A DNA stretch of 56,135 nucleotides, taken from assembly GCF_001194135.2 (NCBI RefSeq), contig NC_068992.1:42084997-42141131 (forward strand). Direction: 5' to 3'. Made by a program: the position numbers and the translations under genes. Shown piece by piece: positions 1 to 11,803 of this stretch (positions within the stretch are counted from its first letter, which is position 1; the number at the start of each line of letters is the position of its first letter). The notes under the pieces are model-generated. The model was not told where the DNA came from. It was given only the letters and a program-made list of their open reading frames with translations, and searched no databases. Origin of the DNA: Octopus bimaculoides (taxonomy: Eukaryota).

Positions 1-469
1 TATATATATATATATATATATATATTTAACACAAATATTACAATATATGTTAGTTATACGTTATTATATCTATAATATTGAATATATAATTTATACAATG
101 GTAATATAGTTTAATGTGAATTTATATGAATTAATATATCCGAGTATGCTTTTGCGGGTTTTACAATTTGGACAGCGGTCATGTTTGGACGTTGAAATAA
201 AAGGCTTATACCAAACATATTAATCCAATTTCATAAGCTTCTTAATGAAAATATTCATGGAATGTGCCTGAAGATTTTGACATTAGGAGAGGCACCATTC
301 TTGTTTATCAGTAGTTAAAACTCATGTGTGCGCGAACAAATAACACAGAAAAAAAAAAAATAGTTACCAGGGTAGTAAAAAAATAACGCCTTTAAGCTTC
401 ATTCCCGTTCATCTATCGCACTACATTTCTCCACACTTATTCTATGCAAATTTTTGTCGCTTACGACGT

Positions 470-764
470 CGAGAGTTCCAGTTGATCCGATCAACGCAAC
501 AGCCTGCTCGTGAAATTAACGCGCAAATGGCTGAGCACTCCACAGACACGTGTACTCTTAACGTATATCTCGGGGAGATTCAGCATGACACAGTGTGACA
601 AGGCTGACCCTTTGAATTGCAGGCACAACAGAAACGGGAAGTAAGAGTGAGAGAAAGTTGTGGTGAAAGAGTACAGCAGGGTTCACCACCATCCCCTGCC
701 AGAGCCTCGTGGATCTTTAGGTGTTTTCGCTCAATAAACACTCATAACGCCCGGTCTGGGAATC
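470..764 (-). mobile_element. tRNA-derived SINE, 5' head cut off by assembly gap
   Basis: Minus strand starts at the gap with GATTCCCAGACC (3' half of a B box). Its 3' tail (tggagtgctcagccatttgcgcgttaatttcacgagcagg) matches the tail of the copy at 5595-5910. Confidence 0.7.
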
Positions 765-1118
765 NNNNNNNNNNNNNNNNNNNNNNNNNNNNNNNNNNNN
801 NNNNNNNNNNNNNNNNNNNNNNNNNNNNNNNNNNNNNNNNNNNNNNNNNNNNNNNNNNNNNNNNNNNNNNNNNNNNNNNNNNNNNNNNNNNNNNNNNNNN
901 NNNNNNNNNNNNNNNNNNNNNNNNNNNNNNNNNNNNNNNNNNNNNNNNNNNNNNNNNNNNNNNNNNNNNNNNNNNNNNNNNNNNNNNNNNNNNNNNNNNN
1001 NNNNNNNNNNNNNNNNNNNNNNNNNNNNNNNNNNNNNNNNNNNNNNNNNNNNNNNNNNNNNNNNNNNNNNNNNNNNNNNNNNNNNNNNNNNNNNNNNNNN
1101 NNNNNNNNNNNNNNNNNN

Positions 1119-1174
<56 letters not shown>
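1119..1174. repeat. (TG)n microsatellite next to gap
   Basis: Direct reading. Confidence 0.95.
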
Positions 1175-1176
<2 letters not shown>

Positions 1177-1378
1177 GAAGTCTCTAACGTTCTTTCGAAA
1201 CACTGACGCATCTCTGTCATACTAGCTGTCAATATATTTCAGCATTAAAATCTAAACCAGTAACAATTTTCATACCATCTCTTATAATACTTAGATATTT
1301 TTTCCGTATCATTTCATACCTTGTCATTTAAGAGATATCAGTTTCTGACAACGGTATTAGCGTAAGGCGCCGTACACG

Positions 1379-1409
<31 letters not shown>

Positions 1410-2016
1410 GCATGAGTATACCTACACTGATCTGTACAGAAATCTGCAGCACATCTATCCAGATTACAAGTTCAGGTTTATACCTGTAATTATTGGAGCC
1501 CTGTGATATGAAACACACTGTCTAAATATCAATCTTGGGAAATTAGACGTTTCAAAACCAGAGTGGAGAAAGCTAATTCGAAGACTACAGATCCAATCCA
1601 TCACCGAAACTGTAAAAATCTGTAAAATTTTCCAGAAGTTTATCATTTAAATATATATGGACATGTCTAGATATGTAAGTATATGCATGAGAATATATAC
1701 ATAAAACAAAACATACACATCTGCACCTCTACATATGTGTATGCATACACGCATTCATACATAGAAACATACACATATACAGACAAAAATACTCTGTCTT
1801 TGTTGGTGAAATTCCAAAGAAGGAGCCTTGGGTGTCTAGGTTAGAAACTGGTTCTTTCTCTATTGGCAAATAATCTTGAAATAAACTGAATAATGACATA
1901 CATACATGCACACCTACATATATACATACATACATACATACATTTTACATATGTATAACACCCCGCATGCACACACACGAACACATACTCACAAGCACAT
2001 ACATAACTTTATATAT

Positions 2017-2165
2017 CATCATCATCATCATCATCATCATCATTTAACGTCTGTTTTCCTAGCTGAAATTGGTTGGACAGTTGGACAAGAGCTGGCAAGC
2101 AGGAAGAGGGCTCCACGGGGTTTCACTTGTCTGTTTTGATACGATTTCTACGGTTGGATGCTCTT
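2017..2165 (-). mobile_element. SINE/RTE-type 3' tail fragment ending in (ATG)n
   Basis: Minus strand ends ...aaaacagacgttaaatgatgatgatg, a retroposon-type 3' end with a simple-repeat tail. Confidence 0.5.
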
Positions 2166-2166
2166 T

Positions 2167-2346
2167 TATCGTGGGTTCGATTCCCTGACTAGGCGGCGCA
2201 TTGTGTTATTGAGCGAAACACTTCATTTCAAGAAGCTCCAGTCCCACTTCGATTGCTGGCCTACCCGCCTAGCCAGCGGGATTGCGCTATTGTCACGAGC
2301 GATGTTTAACAACATCTGATAGCCCGGTCGGTCACGTGATCACGTG
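2167..2346 (+). mobile_element. tRNA-derived SINE fragment
   Basis: B box GGTTCGATTCC at 2174-2184, then gcattgtgtt...cacttcatttc...gctccagtcccac, shared with the 5595-5910 copy. Confidence 0.6.
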
Positions 2347-2948
2347 TGATACATACTCATATATACGTGTATGGGGTAGGGGTGAATACATACATAAGTG
2401 ACGGTTTCCACACAGTTTCAGCTTATCAAATTAACCCACAAGTCCATAGTCAATAGTGTTCGTGTTTTAGAAAAAAATACCTGGCTAAGAGACTGCGCTA
2501 AGTCACGTGATTACGAAGTAAGGCATATATCCGTATTTGCTCATAATGCCGCACCGTGCTAAGACTAAAAGCTTGCATGAGTCATGTGTGTCCATTCCAC
2601 ATGTCCAATGTGCAATGAGCATAGCAGAACTAAGCTAAGTACTTTATATGTGTATACATGATTAGAAACAGCCTATTAAAAGGAAATTAATCTTTGAAAA
2701 GTTCTCCAGCAAACCACAATGAGTAGACTGTAATGAAATGGCGGAAACATATTTGACGTTGATGAATTTTTTTTTTTTTCCTTTTTGCATTCAGACATAA
2801 CAATATATGAAGAAAAATAATAAAAATAATAATAACATAGACTAGAAATAATAATTAGATGCCTGGAATATAACAGAATATATCAACAGTACTTTTGTTG
2901 TCGATTTAATTGTCATCCATATCGTCCTTTCATCATTGCCAGTCGTAC

Positions 2949-2951
<3 letters not shown>

Positions 2952-3035
<84 letters not shown>

Positions 3036-3103
3036 CATCATTCTCAATATCATCGTCATTGTTATTATCGTCGTCGTAGTTGCTGCTGTTGTTGTTAATA
3101 TTA

Positions 3104-3160
<57 letters not shown>
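2952..3160. repeat. Compound (TAT)n/(CAT/CGT/TGT)n microsatellite
   Basis: Direct reading. Confidence 0.95.
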
Positions 3161-3165
<5 letters not shown>

Positions 3166-3473
3166 TTATTTATTTTTTATGTGCTAGGTCCTCGTTTCCC
3201 ATTTAATAATATCTCTGTAATAATAATAATGTCTTTCTCCGAAAGATAATCAATATTACATTCTATCTTGAAGATGTCTCCTTTTTCGTATCTAATAACA
3301 TCAGTAACTACTGCATTCCACTTCTTTGTTTGTGGATCTGCGAGTAAGGTTCTAGCAATAACAATTCAACTGAGAAATGGGTTCTGGAGACTAAGTTCTC
3401 CTAGAACAACAAAATGTACAACCTATCATTAAGCGCTCCGTGGTTCTACAAATTTACTGCACTTCTAGGATTC

Positions 3474-3646
3474 TGTAGAACTAGCTATGAATATCTTATA
3501 TATATGGTTTTGTCTATTCTAATTCTTTTTCAAGTTTCCGTTCAAAATTTCCATTCTATTCCTTTCTTCGTCCCTTCTCCAGTATCTCCTGTTATTTCCT
3601 CCTTCTCCTCTAATATTTCCTCGTCTCCCTTCCTTCAATACGTCGT
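3474..3646 (+). repeat. 173-bp dispersed direct repeat, copy A
   Basis: 172/173 identical to 7372-7544 by manual comparison (aattctttttcaag vs aattcttcttcaag). Confidence 0.9.
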
Positions 3647-4814
3647 TTTAAACGAGTTAGTGAGGGATACGATGCATTAAGGCGTTGTTTGCAATGTCAA
3701 AGATAGCAACCAAATCTGATTTTTCACATTCTGTCGTCTTAAGAAAGAATAATATACCAGAGAATATTTCACCTATGTCTGAGTCTTATGTCTGGGAGAA
3801 TAATTTCAGTAGGCTACAACATCTTCATCTGATTAAGAACTTAATTAATTTTCATTTGGCAAGATGTATTCTTTCATTGCTGTTATAGTTGTTTAGTTCT
3901 TCGATAGATCTGATCCAGCAGGTTTATGATTAGTGGTACTTTAACACTGGTCAGCCCATTCATTTCTTATAACAAACTATTCTGTGCCATATTGGTTCGC
4001 CATTAGTTTTCAAAAGTTAAACCGAGGCCGATCTCCACTCTCAAACAGGACCTTCTCCAGTCCTCTCTCTCTCTTCCTCTCTCCCTCTTTCCCTCTCCAT
4101 CCCTCCTTCACTCTTACCCTCTTTCTCTCCCCTTTTCTCTCCTCTCTTCATTCCTGACCGTGTCTGTTTCTCTGTCCGTCAGAATGCTTCTGTCTCCATC
4201 TCTCCCTCTTTCTTTATCGGCCTATTTAACGCATACATTGTCTCTTACATTCTTTTCTTCCTTGTCATTCTGATTCCGTATCTCTCTGTATCCGTTCATT
4301 TGCTTTCTCTTTCTCTCCTATATGTCATAGTAATATCGGAAATATTTCATAATTACAAGAGTAAAGTAATAAAGGTACATGTCTCCACATATTTAAGGCA
4401 GCGATGCTTTTTCCGTCCAGGTTTGATTTCCTTAGATTTTACTATTGTCTGTATTCATCACTTAAATTATATCACAAATAACATAGCTGGCCATCAACCG
4501 TGCGCTTTGTGCTACATAGAATATTATACACCGGTCCACACATTATATGCGTCTATACTTACCATCAATAGCGGGAAACGCAAAAACAAGCGATGCCTGA
4601 TGACTCTAAAAGCGAAACTATCTCATTTGCTTGACATTCTAAGTCTTAGAAATCATTATATTTTACCCAACAGAGCTAATTCAATAATGAAACAATATAT
4701 TACTCAGAGAACTTCGATAGATTATATATGGTTCGACCAAAGATTAGCCCAGCCCATGTCAAACTTAATAGCACTACCTGTTCGGATTTACTGACACTTT
4801 TTAAAGTCAAGATT

Positions 4815-5010
4815 AGTGGTATCATAACCCATTCAAGTAGGAAGTTCTTGTTGAGGGACTTGTATCCAGGTACAGGTGGCTTATCTGGTATTCCTAGAAG
4901 AAATTTGTCCAAATTCCGTTTAAAGGTGATGGGATCTTCTTTGTTTTGTTTTGGGACGAAGTTAATTAAGGGAAGGCCTGTTGAGGGAAAGAAATTGTGT
5001 TTGCAGAGTA
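4815..5010 (-). mobile_element. CR1/L2-group LINE, 3' end of ORF2
   Basis: Minus frame ...EDPITFKRNLDKFLLGIPDKPPVPGYKSLNKNFLLEW, a typical LINE ORF2 C-terminus; homologous to 12860-13270. Confidence 0.7.
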
Positions 5011-5594
5011 TTTATGTATTTATGTGTTGTGATCCTGAATTTTGTCGGGGATGAATGTCACGTGGTCCTAACCTTGGATGAACTATACGACTTCATCTCT
5101 TTTATGTACATTATATGTAACTATATTAGACTGAGGTGGTGAAATAGTCGAACCGTTACATCGGAGGAAATACCTTACAATATATTTTCCATCTTCTTAA
5201 CTGCTGTGTTCTTATCTGCTGTGAGGTTAATTTTCATTTCATTCCTTCGGGGCCGATAAATACTGTATCAGCCTATAGCCGCACAATAGCAGAGAAATCA
5301 GAGCATCAGATGCTATGACTTGCCGCATGTTGGATGTTGCGGGCAACATAGAAAAGCGGTGGTGATTGCTTCTATAGATTTATATTGATTATTATGCAGA
5401 GAAGAATACATGGTAATTAGAGTGTTATGATTAAAGGATTATGATTAAAGATCTGTCCAGAATATTTGCAGTTGTGGAATACGTAAGTCCATTAAAGATA
5501 CAGGTGTTTAAAGAAACTGTGGGTTGGGATTATAATCTATACACAATGAGCATTCGTCCATTTGCTTTTCGTGTAGTCTTCGTTAATATGTGAA

Positions 5595-5910
5595 GGCTCA
5601 TGGCTCAGTGCGTTCGGTATTCGACTCACGATCATGAGGTCGTGAGTTTCATACCTGGCAGTGCGTTGTGTCCTTCAGCAAGTCACTTAATCTCACAATG
5701 CTCCAGTCCCACACTGATGACAAAAATGAGTAGTATCTCAAAGGGCCAGCCTCGTCGCATTCTTTGTCCCACTGAATTTCCCTGGGAACTACATTAAGGC
5801 TATGTGTGCCTATGGAGTGCACAGCTATTTGCATGTTAATTTCACAAGGCGGATGTTCAGTTGACCTGATGAACTAGAACACTCATCGTTGCAGCCGACG
5901 GAGTACCAGT
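5595..5910 (+). mobile_element. Near full-length tRNA-derived SINE
   Basis: A-box-like TGGCTCAGTGCGTTCGG, B-box-like GAGTTTCATACC, central gcgttgtgtccttcagcaagtcactt, 3' tail shared with 470-764. Confidence 0.75.
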
Positions 5911-6749
5911 TATAATATTCATCAATACAATTTCGCTCTCATTGTTTTATTTTATTCGCAGTTACGTGTGTAGACATTTGGACACATTGTTATATGATAG
6001 AATCGAACTCCAAATCTCTGAGGTTGCAAACAATATTTCTTAACCGTAGAGCCTACACCTAATCAAAACAGAAGAAATATTCAAAATTCAGCAAAACGCG
6101 TATAAAAGTACTTTGTGCTGTTGACGTATTGATTTATAATGAAGTATGAACGTTTCATGTTGTGATATATATTTATCAATTATGAATATATATGTTTTCA
6201 CAGCATGTCTTGAAGCAAATGTCAAAGCGGATTATATATTCGTTATAAAAAGAGAGAGAAAAAAAAACATATATTAAGAGAAAATATGGCATAATCTCAT
6301 GTTATAGAGTCAACAATCTAATAAACTAGTGCATCTTATTAAATATATATGAACATCAGTTGCTTTATAGAAAGAAGACTGGTTGTTGTTGTTGTTGTTG
6401 TTGCTATTATTAATCTCAGATCAACTGTTAGACATATTATTAATATTTCCTGCCTATATCAAAGCTGTCCATTTTTTAACGAAATCTTGTGGATTCTTTC
6501 TATTATTTCTCAAATAATCCAACTACAAAGAGGACCCGGTAACGAGAACAACAGAAACTGATTCATTGTCTGGAGAGTTTCATAGTCACAAGAAGGAATG
6601 GTGGCTTTTGACTAAGACCGCATTTCATTTTGGCGCCTCCCGAGAGGCCGATTCCATACTGTATTTGAATGAGTTATTTCGGCCTACCCCATCCAGACTC
6701 TGGGCCCTGTAACAAATTTTCTTGTATTTCAGTTTATTATTGTTATTAT

Positions 6750-7158
6750 CTCATGTTTAACTTTTGCTTTGCATTTGTACAAGTTGGCTCCAAGTCTCAC
6801 CCAGAGTCCTCAAAAGACCACAAGTTCATGTTAGTGTTATGCCTATGGTGCTATATATTTGGTTTCATACATAGTGTTGTTCTAGAGAATGCATAAGAAA
6901 CCATAAGAAAATTCTGAGTCTGTTTCAAAATTTGAGATTACATAGACAGTATTTTACATAGGATATGGGCAGTTCTCATGAGCACTATCTTTTGAATGTA
7001 TGCCATTTTGGGGTTTCCTGGTATCTGAGCTAGGTAGGAATCGGCCCCTTTTGCTATCATTCCTAGGGCACCTATGACAACAGGTATTGTTTTAGTCTTG
7101 AGGTTCCACATGTTGCTAATTTCTATTTGAAGATCCTTATACTTGCTCAGTTTTTGTA
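6750..7158 (-). mobile_element. R4/Dong-clade non-LTR retrotransposon, 5'-truncated (REL C-terminus and 3'UTR)
   Basis: KLSKYKDLQIEISNMWNLKTKTIPVVIGALG...ILSM*. The 3'UTR is homologous to 38739-38933 and 50627-50822 and ends in a TAA-type tract. Confidence 0.85.
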
Positions 7159-7229
7159 TTCTTCTTCTTCTTCTTCTTCTTCTTCTTCTTCTTCTTCTTC
7201 TTCTTCTTCTTCTTCTTCTTCTTCTTCTT

Positions 7230-7260
<31 letters not shown>

Positions 7261-7290
7261 TTATTATTATTATTATTATTATTATCATCA
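7159..7290. repeat. (TTC)~33 followed by (TTA)n
   Basis: Direct reading; source of the poly-R/poly-L ORFs. Confidence 0.95.
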
Positions 7291-7371
7291 TCAGTTTTGA
7301 TATTATTATCATTTTCATTATTATATATCAGTGTTGATATCTAAACAGGTAAAAACATCGTTAGCATCTAT

Positions 7372-7544
7372 TGTAGAACTAGCTATGAATATCTTATATA
7401 TATGGTTTTGTCTATTCTAATTCTTCTTCAAGTTTCCGTTCAAAATTTCCATTCTATTCCTTTCTTCGTCCCTTCTCCAGTATCTCCTGTTATTTCCTCC
7501 TTCTCCTCTAATATTTCCTCGTCTCCCTTCCTTCAATACGTCGT
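7372..7544 (+). repeat. 173-bp dispersed direct repeat, copy B (possibly part of a ~280-bp TGT...ACA unit to ~7650)
   Basis: 172/173 identical to 3474-3646. Confidence 0.9.
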
Positions 7545-8050
7545 ATGTCACCAAACCTCTAACTTTCTTCAACTCCACTGGCAAAATTCACCTTGTTCAA
7601 AGTGAAATACTGTAGGCTGATTACGATCCATTTTCTTGAGCCTCAGACAAATATGTGTGCGAGCGGTTATGTGTGTGAGTATGTGTACACGCGTGTGTAT
7701 AAGTGTGTGTTTATGTGCGTGTGTTTGTGTGTGTGTGTGAATGTGTGTATATCACTGTCATTTTATCAACCAAACTACTGTTGGTCACAATGCGCTTCCT
7801 TGCATTGTTGCACATTTCGTACCATGCCTCACATGAAACTAAATATATTGCTCAGGCCGAAAGCACTTCAGAAATTCAATATACTATAATTCATAATTGA
7901 ATTTAGAGTTCATTGGAGAAAACTGTTTCGAATCCCTTGTTTCTTATAATAAATAAAGCAATTCCATTTATAAATAACCGATAATGTTACAATATCTATA
8001 TAATTAATCATAAGTGTGAACTAATGTTTATAAAAATGACTTCAGTGTGC

Positions 8051-8087
<37 letters not shown>

Positions 8088-9111
8088 GAAAATAAGACTG
8101 GGTAGATGATGCTAAAATAATTATATATATATATAGAGAGAGAGAGAGAGGGGCACAGAGAGAGACAGAGAGACAGAGATAAAGAAAGAGAGGCGCAGTA
8201 ATGGTTGTATGCTAAGAAGCTTGTATANNNNNNNNNNNNNNNNNNNNNNNNNNNNNNNNNNNNNNNNNNNNNNNNNNNNNNNNNNNNNNNNNNNNNNNNN
8301 NNNNNNNNNNNNNNNNNNNNNNNNNNNNNNNNNNNNNNNNNNNNNNNNNNNNNNNNNNNNNNNNNNNNNNNNNNNNNNNNNNNNNNNNNNNNNNNNNNNN
8401 NNNNNNNNNNNNNNNNNNNNNNNNNNNNNNNNNNNNNNNNNNNNNNNNNNNNNNNNNNNNNNNNNNNNNNNNNNNNNNNNNNNNNNNNNNNNNNNNNNNN
8501 NNNNNNNNNNNNNNNNNNNNNNNNNNNNNNNNNNNNNNNNNNNNNNNNNNNNNNNNNNNNNNNNNNNNNNNNNNNNNNNNNNNNNNNNNNNNNNNNNNNN
8601 NNNNNNNNNNNNNNNNNNNNNNNNNNNNNNNNNNNNNNNNNNNNNNNNNNNNNNNNNNNNNNNNNNNNNNNNNNNNNNNNNNNNNNNNNNNNNNNNNNNN
8701 NNNNNNNNNNNNNNNNNNNNNNNNNNNNNNNNNNNNNNNNNNNNNNNNNNNNNNNNNNNNNNNNNNNNNNNNNNNCTTTATATTTATTCCCTTCAGAGAT
8801 TCATCAAGAATTGTAAAATGTTGAAGTTTTATTCCTTTTTGTGAGCTAGTTGATGACTGCCAGGAGTTTTATATTTGTTTTCTTTATTTCTGTAAAAAGT
8901 ATGTTTGAGCGTGGTGTATTTGGAGAATTCTTTTACTAAGCATATATAACAGATTCTTGTAGGCTTGGTTAGAGAAAGAATAAAACAGTAAAAGAGTATA
9001 TTCTGTTGTGTCTGGGGAGAATCATTCTCTTTTAGTACCTTACTGGTATAGTTTGCACTCATTTACTTTCATTTTTTCATTTTCATTTTTTCTTATTTAT
9101 TTTTTAAAAGC

Positions 9112-9170
9112 TTTTCGTTGCGTCTTGCAACATTTTCAACTATTGAAAAGGTTGTAAGACGCAACGAAAA
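9112..9170. repeat. 59-bp hairpin (28-bp arms, 3-nt loop), probable centre of a fold-back/MITE
   Basis: ttttcgttgcgtcttgcaacattttcaa-cta-ttgaaaaggttgtaagacgcaacgaaaa; 26/28 complementary, with weaker complementarity extending about 9075-9210. Confidence 0.85.
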
Positions 9171-11683
9171 TTCTAGAAAAATAAATATGTAAATGAGTGA
9201 AAATTTTACCGTTATGTGTGTTAAATTATAAGGTACTAAAACAAAATGAGTCTCCCCATATACAACAAAATATGCTTCAACACGCGAACTCACACAAAGA
9301 ATCTTGCAAACTAAACCCCAAAACGAAAGAAATAAGTGTTTCCTGGGATGGTTGACTTGATAACGTGTCATCAAGCCCAAACGTTATATCAATTGCAATA
9401 TATTGTTGCCTTTAGATTTTAAATGGCAGACAGGGTTTTGGTTAACTGCTAGACTTCTTGCCTATAGAATTGCTCAAATTGTTTGGGAAAGCTTTTAAAT
9501 AAGTCAGATTGTGAATACTTTCGTATAGATATGACAGTGTGTGTATGTTGTTATTTGTTATGTATTGATTGTTGAATAGTTAATTTTTCCAATAATTTTA
9601 GTAACACAAATAAGAACATCATTAATAATAAATAACATGTGATTGCTTACTCTCGTTTATCTGGAAAATTATGTATTTACTAAAAGAAAAACCTCTTTTA
9701 CATGTTTAGTTTAGCGAAAATATTTTTATAGAAATTATTTTCATTTCCTTCCTGCATTTTTCATCATGTTTTGGGCTTTTATAGACCAGAGAGCTCTCTA
9801 ATCTGTTACTTCCTGATATTTCTAGATGTTTTCTCAGTGAGATCTTTGGTAATCCTATTGCTAAGCAGTCGAACAGTTAAGCGAAATCCCTGTCAGCCAC
9901 TCAAAAGACTAAAAACCAATTTATTGCGATTGATAAAATTTTTGACCATCCCAGAAAACGCCAGTCTATTTAATCATTGTCTTCACTGTCTTACAAACTC
10001 CTCCAAAAATAACTCATATATGCTTTCTCAAAAATTACTCACGCACATGCCTACGCACATATCGATTGAAAAGGAAAAGAACATCTCAAATGACGACTCC
10101 CGAACACCCTTTTTCCTACACCGGTCACGAACGATTTCAACTCTTGACTTTTTAACTCACTCTCTCCATCTCTCTCTCTTTCTTACCCACTTATACCCAC
10201 ACACATGTATATATNNNNNNNNNNNNNNNNNNNNNNNNNNNNNNNNNNNNNNNNNNNNNNNNNNNNNNNNNNNNNNNNNNNNNNNNNNNNNNNNNNNNNN
10301 NNNNNNNNNNNNNNNNNNNNNNNNNNNNNNNNNNNNNNNNNNNNNNNNNNNNNNNNNNNNNNNNNNNNNNNNNNNNNNNNNNNNNNNNNNNNNNNNNNNN
10401 NNNNNNNNNNNNNNNNNNNNNNNNNNNNNNNNNNNNNNNNNNNNNNNNNNNNNNNNNNNNNNNNNNNNNNNNNNNNNNNNNNNNNNNNNNNNNNNNNNNN
10501 NNNNNNNNNNNNNNNNNNNNNNNNNNNNNNNNNNNNNNNNNNNNNNNNNNNNNNNNNNNNNNNNNNNNNNNNNNNNNNNNNNNNNATATATATATATATA
10601 TATATATATAACTTTATATTTAAAAAAAAAGTTTTTATGATGGTGTATAGAAGAATATATTAATCAATGAAATCCCAACTTAGTTTGATTTACCTGTTTT
10701 ATTATTTGCAATTTTTACAATTTTACAATTCTATAATTTTACAATATTGATATAGTTAGTACTTTCATGCGTTATGCACTCATCAGACGTATTCCACAAT
10801 TGACAACACGGTTGTCAACTGTAGAACAGGTGGTCATACAACCTAACGAAGGGACTTGTATAGTGTTGTTGGGCATGTAAGAAACAGATGCCAAAAAAAG
10901 AGCGCACTATACTTCAGTTAAGGAAGGACAGAGTTGGTAATGAATTCCTCGGAACAGCAAGAATGAAAACTGCTTTGTCAACTGAACAGCAACAACAGTA
11001 ACAATAACAAGAATAAGAAATACTAGAAAAACGGCATCATAAATTTATATCGCATTGTGCAGAGGAAGTGATTTCGGTAAGAATATAGATAGCTGTGTGC
11101 ATACATTTTAGAAGCGATGTCATACGAGGGTGTCGCTTAGTGCTAATGACAGTCTAGTTGAGTAGACCTACTAGTAGAGGCAGTTCAGCCTTGATCATCG
11201 CACCACTTCATTAAGTACGTTTTTTTTCTCTGATAAAGTGCAATAAATCCTTGAGTTCAGTTTCGTTTCAGAATATGTAACGGTGTGATTTGAGAGAGAT
11301 GTGTTTGGTATCCATAGGGTTACGTCGTTGGGGAGGGACTGATTGAGGACGAAAGGTTAAGAGGGGGAAGAGAAAGAAAGTCACCTTTCAGCTGCAAACG
11401 AGTGTGCGTTATCCTTTCGCTAAATGTTTTAAGTGCCTACGCAGTCGTGAGCAAACTTAGATACCCTTTCGATCCTCCTCTTCTTTGACCCAGCGACACA
11501 ACCAGAAAATATCAGATAGAGGGAGAGAAGCTGCTCCAGCTCTCAGCCGGAACTGATTTTCTGTTGAATACATCAGAGAAATGTCAACGGCAAATGGAAT
11601 CGAAACCTTTTGAACATGAACTGAACCGAAACCCTTCGGACTTGAGCTAAACAACCTCACCACTGGCTTTCACAAAATGTGAT

Positions 11684-11803
11684 GCTTGCTGTACCTAGGT
11701 TTTCCAAGTCGGTTACCCATCTTAATACTAACCAAGCTCGGCGTTGTTTAACTGCGGTGATCAGACATGAAGCGATGCATTCAAAGCAAAATAACCGTAT
11801 AAC
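11684..11803 (-). pseudogene. Full-length 5S rRNA pseudogene
   Basis: Minus strand ...gtctgatcaccgcagttaaacaacgccgagcttggttagtattaagatgggtaaccgacttggaaaacc... is colinear over 120 nt with metazoan 5S rRNA. Boxes A and C are recognisable but mutated; TTTT lies 6 nt downstream. Confidence 0.85.

Noticed and set aside
2333-2509. Tandem E-boxes (cacgtgatcacgtg palindrome and gtcacgtga)
   Set aside because: They lie within or beside SINE-derived sequence, with no promoter or gene context.
4592-4630. CTGATGA...GAAA hammerhead-like spacing
   Set aside because: The stem II closing pair, stem III and stem I all fail, so too many changes are needed.
5131-5160. ctgaggtggtgaaatagtcgaaccgtt as a possible eroded hammerhead
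   Set aside because: Both halves of the core deviate and there is no convincing stem II.
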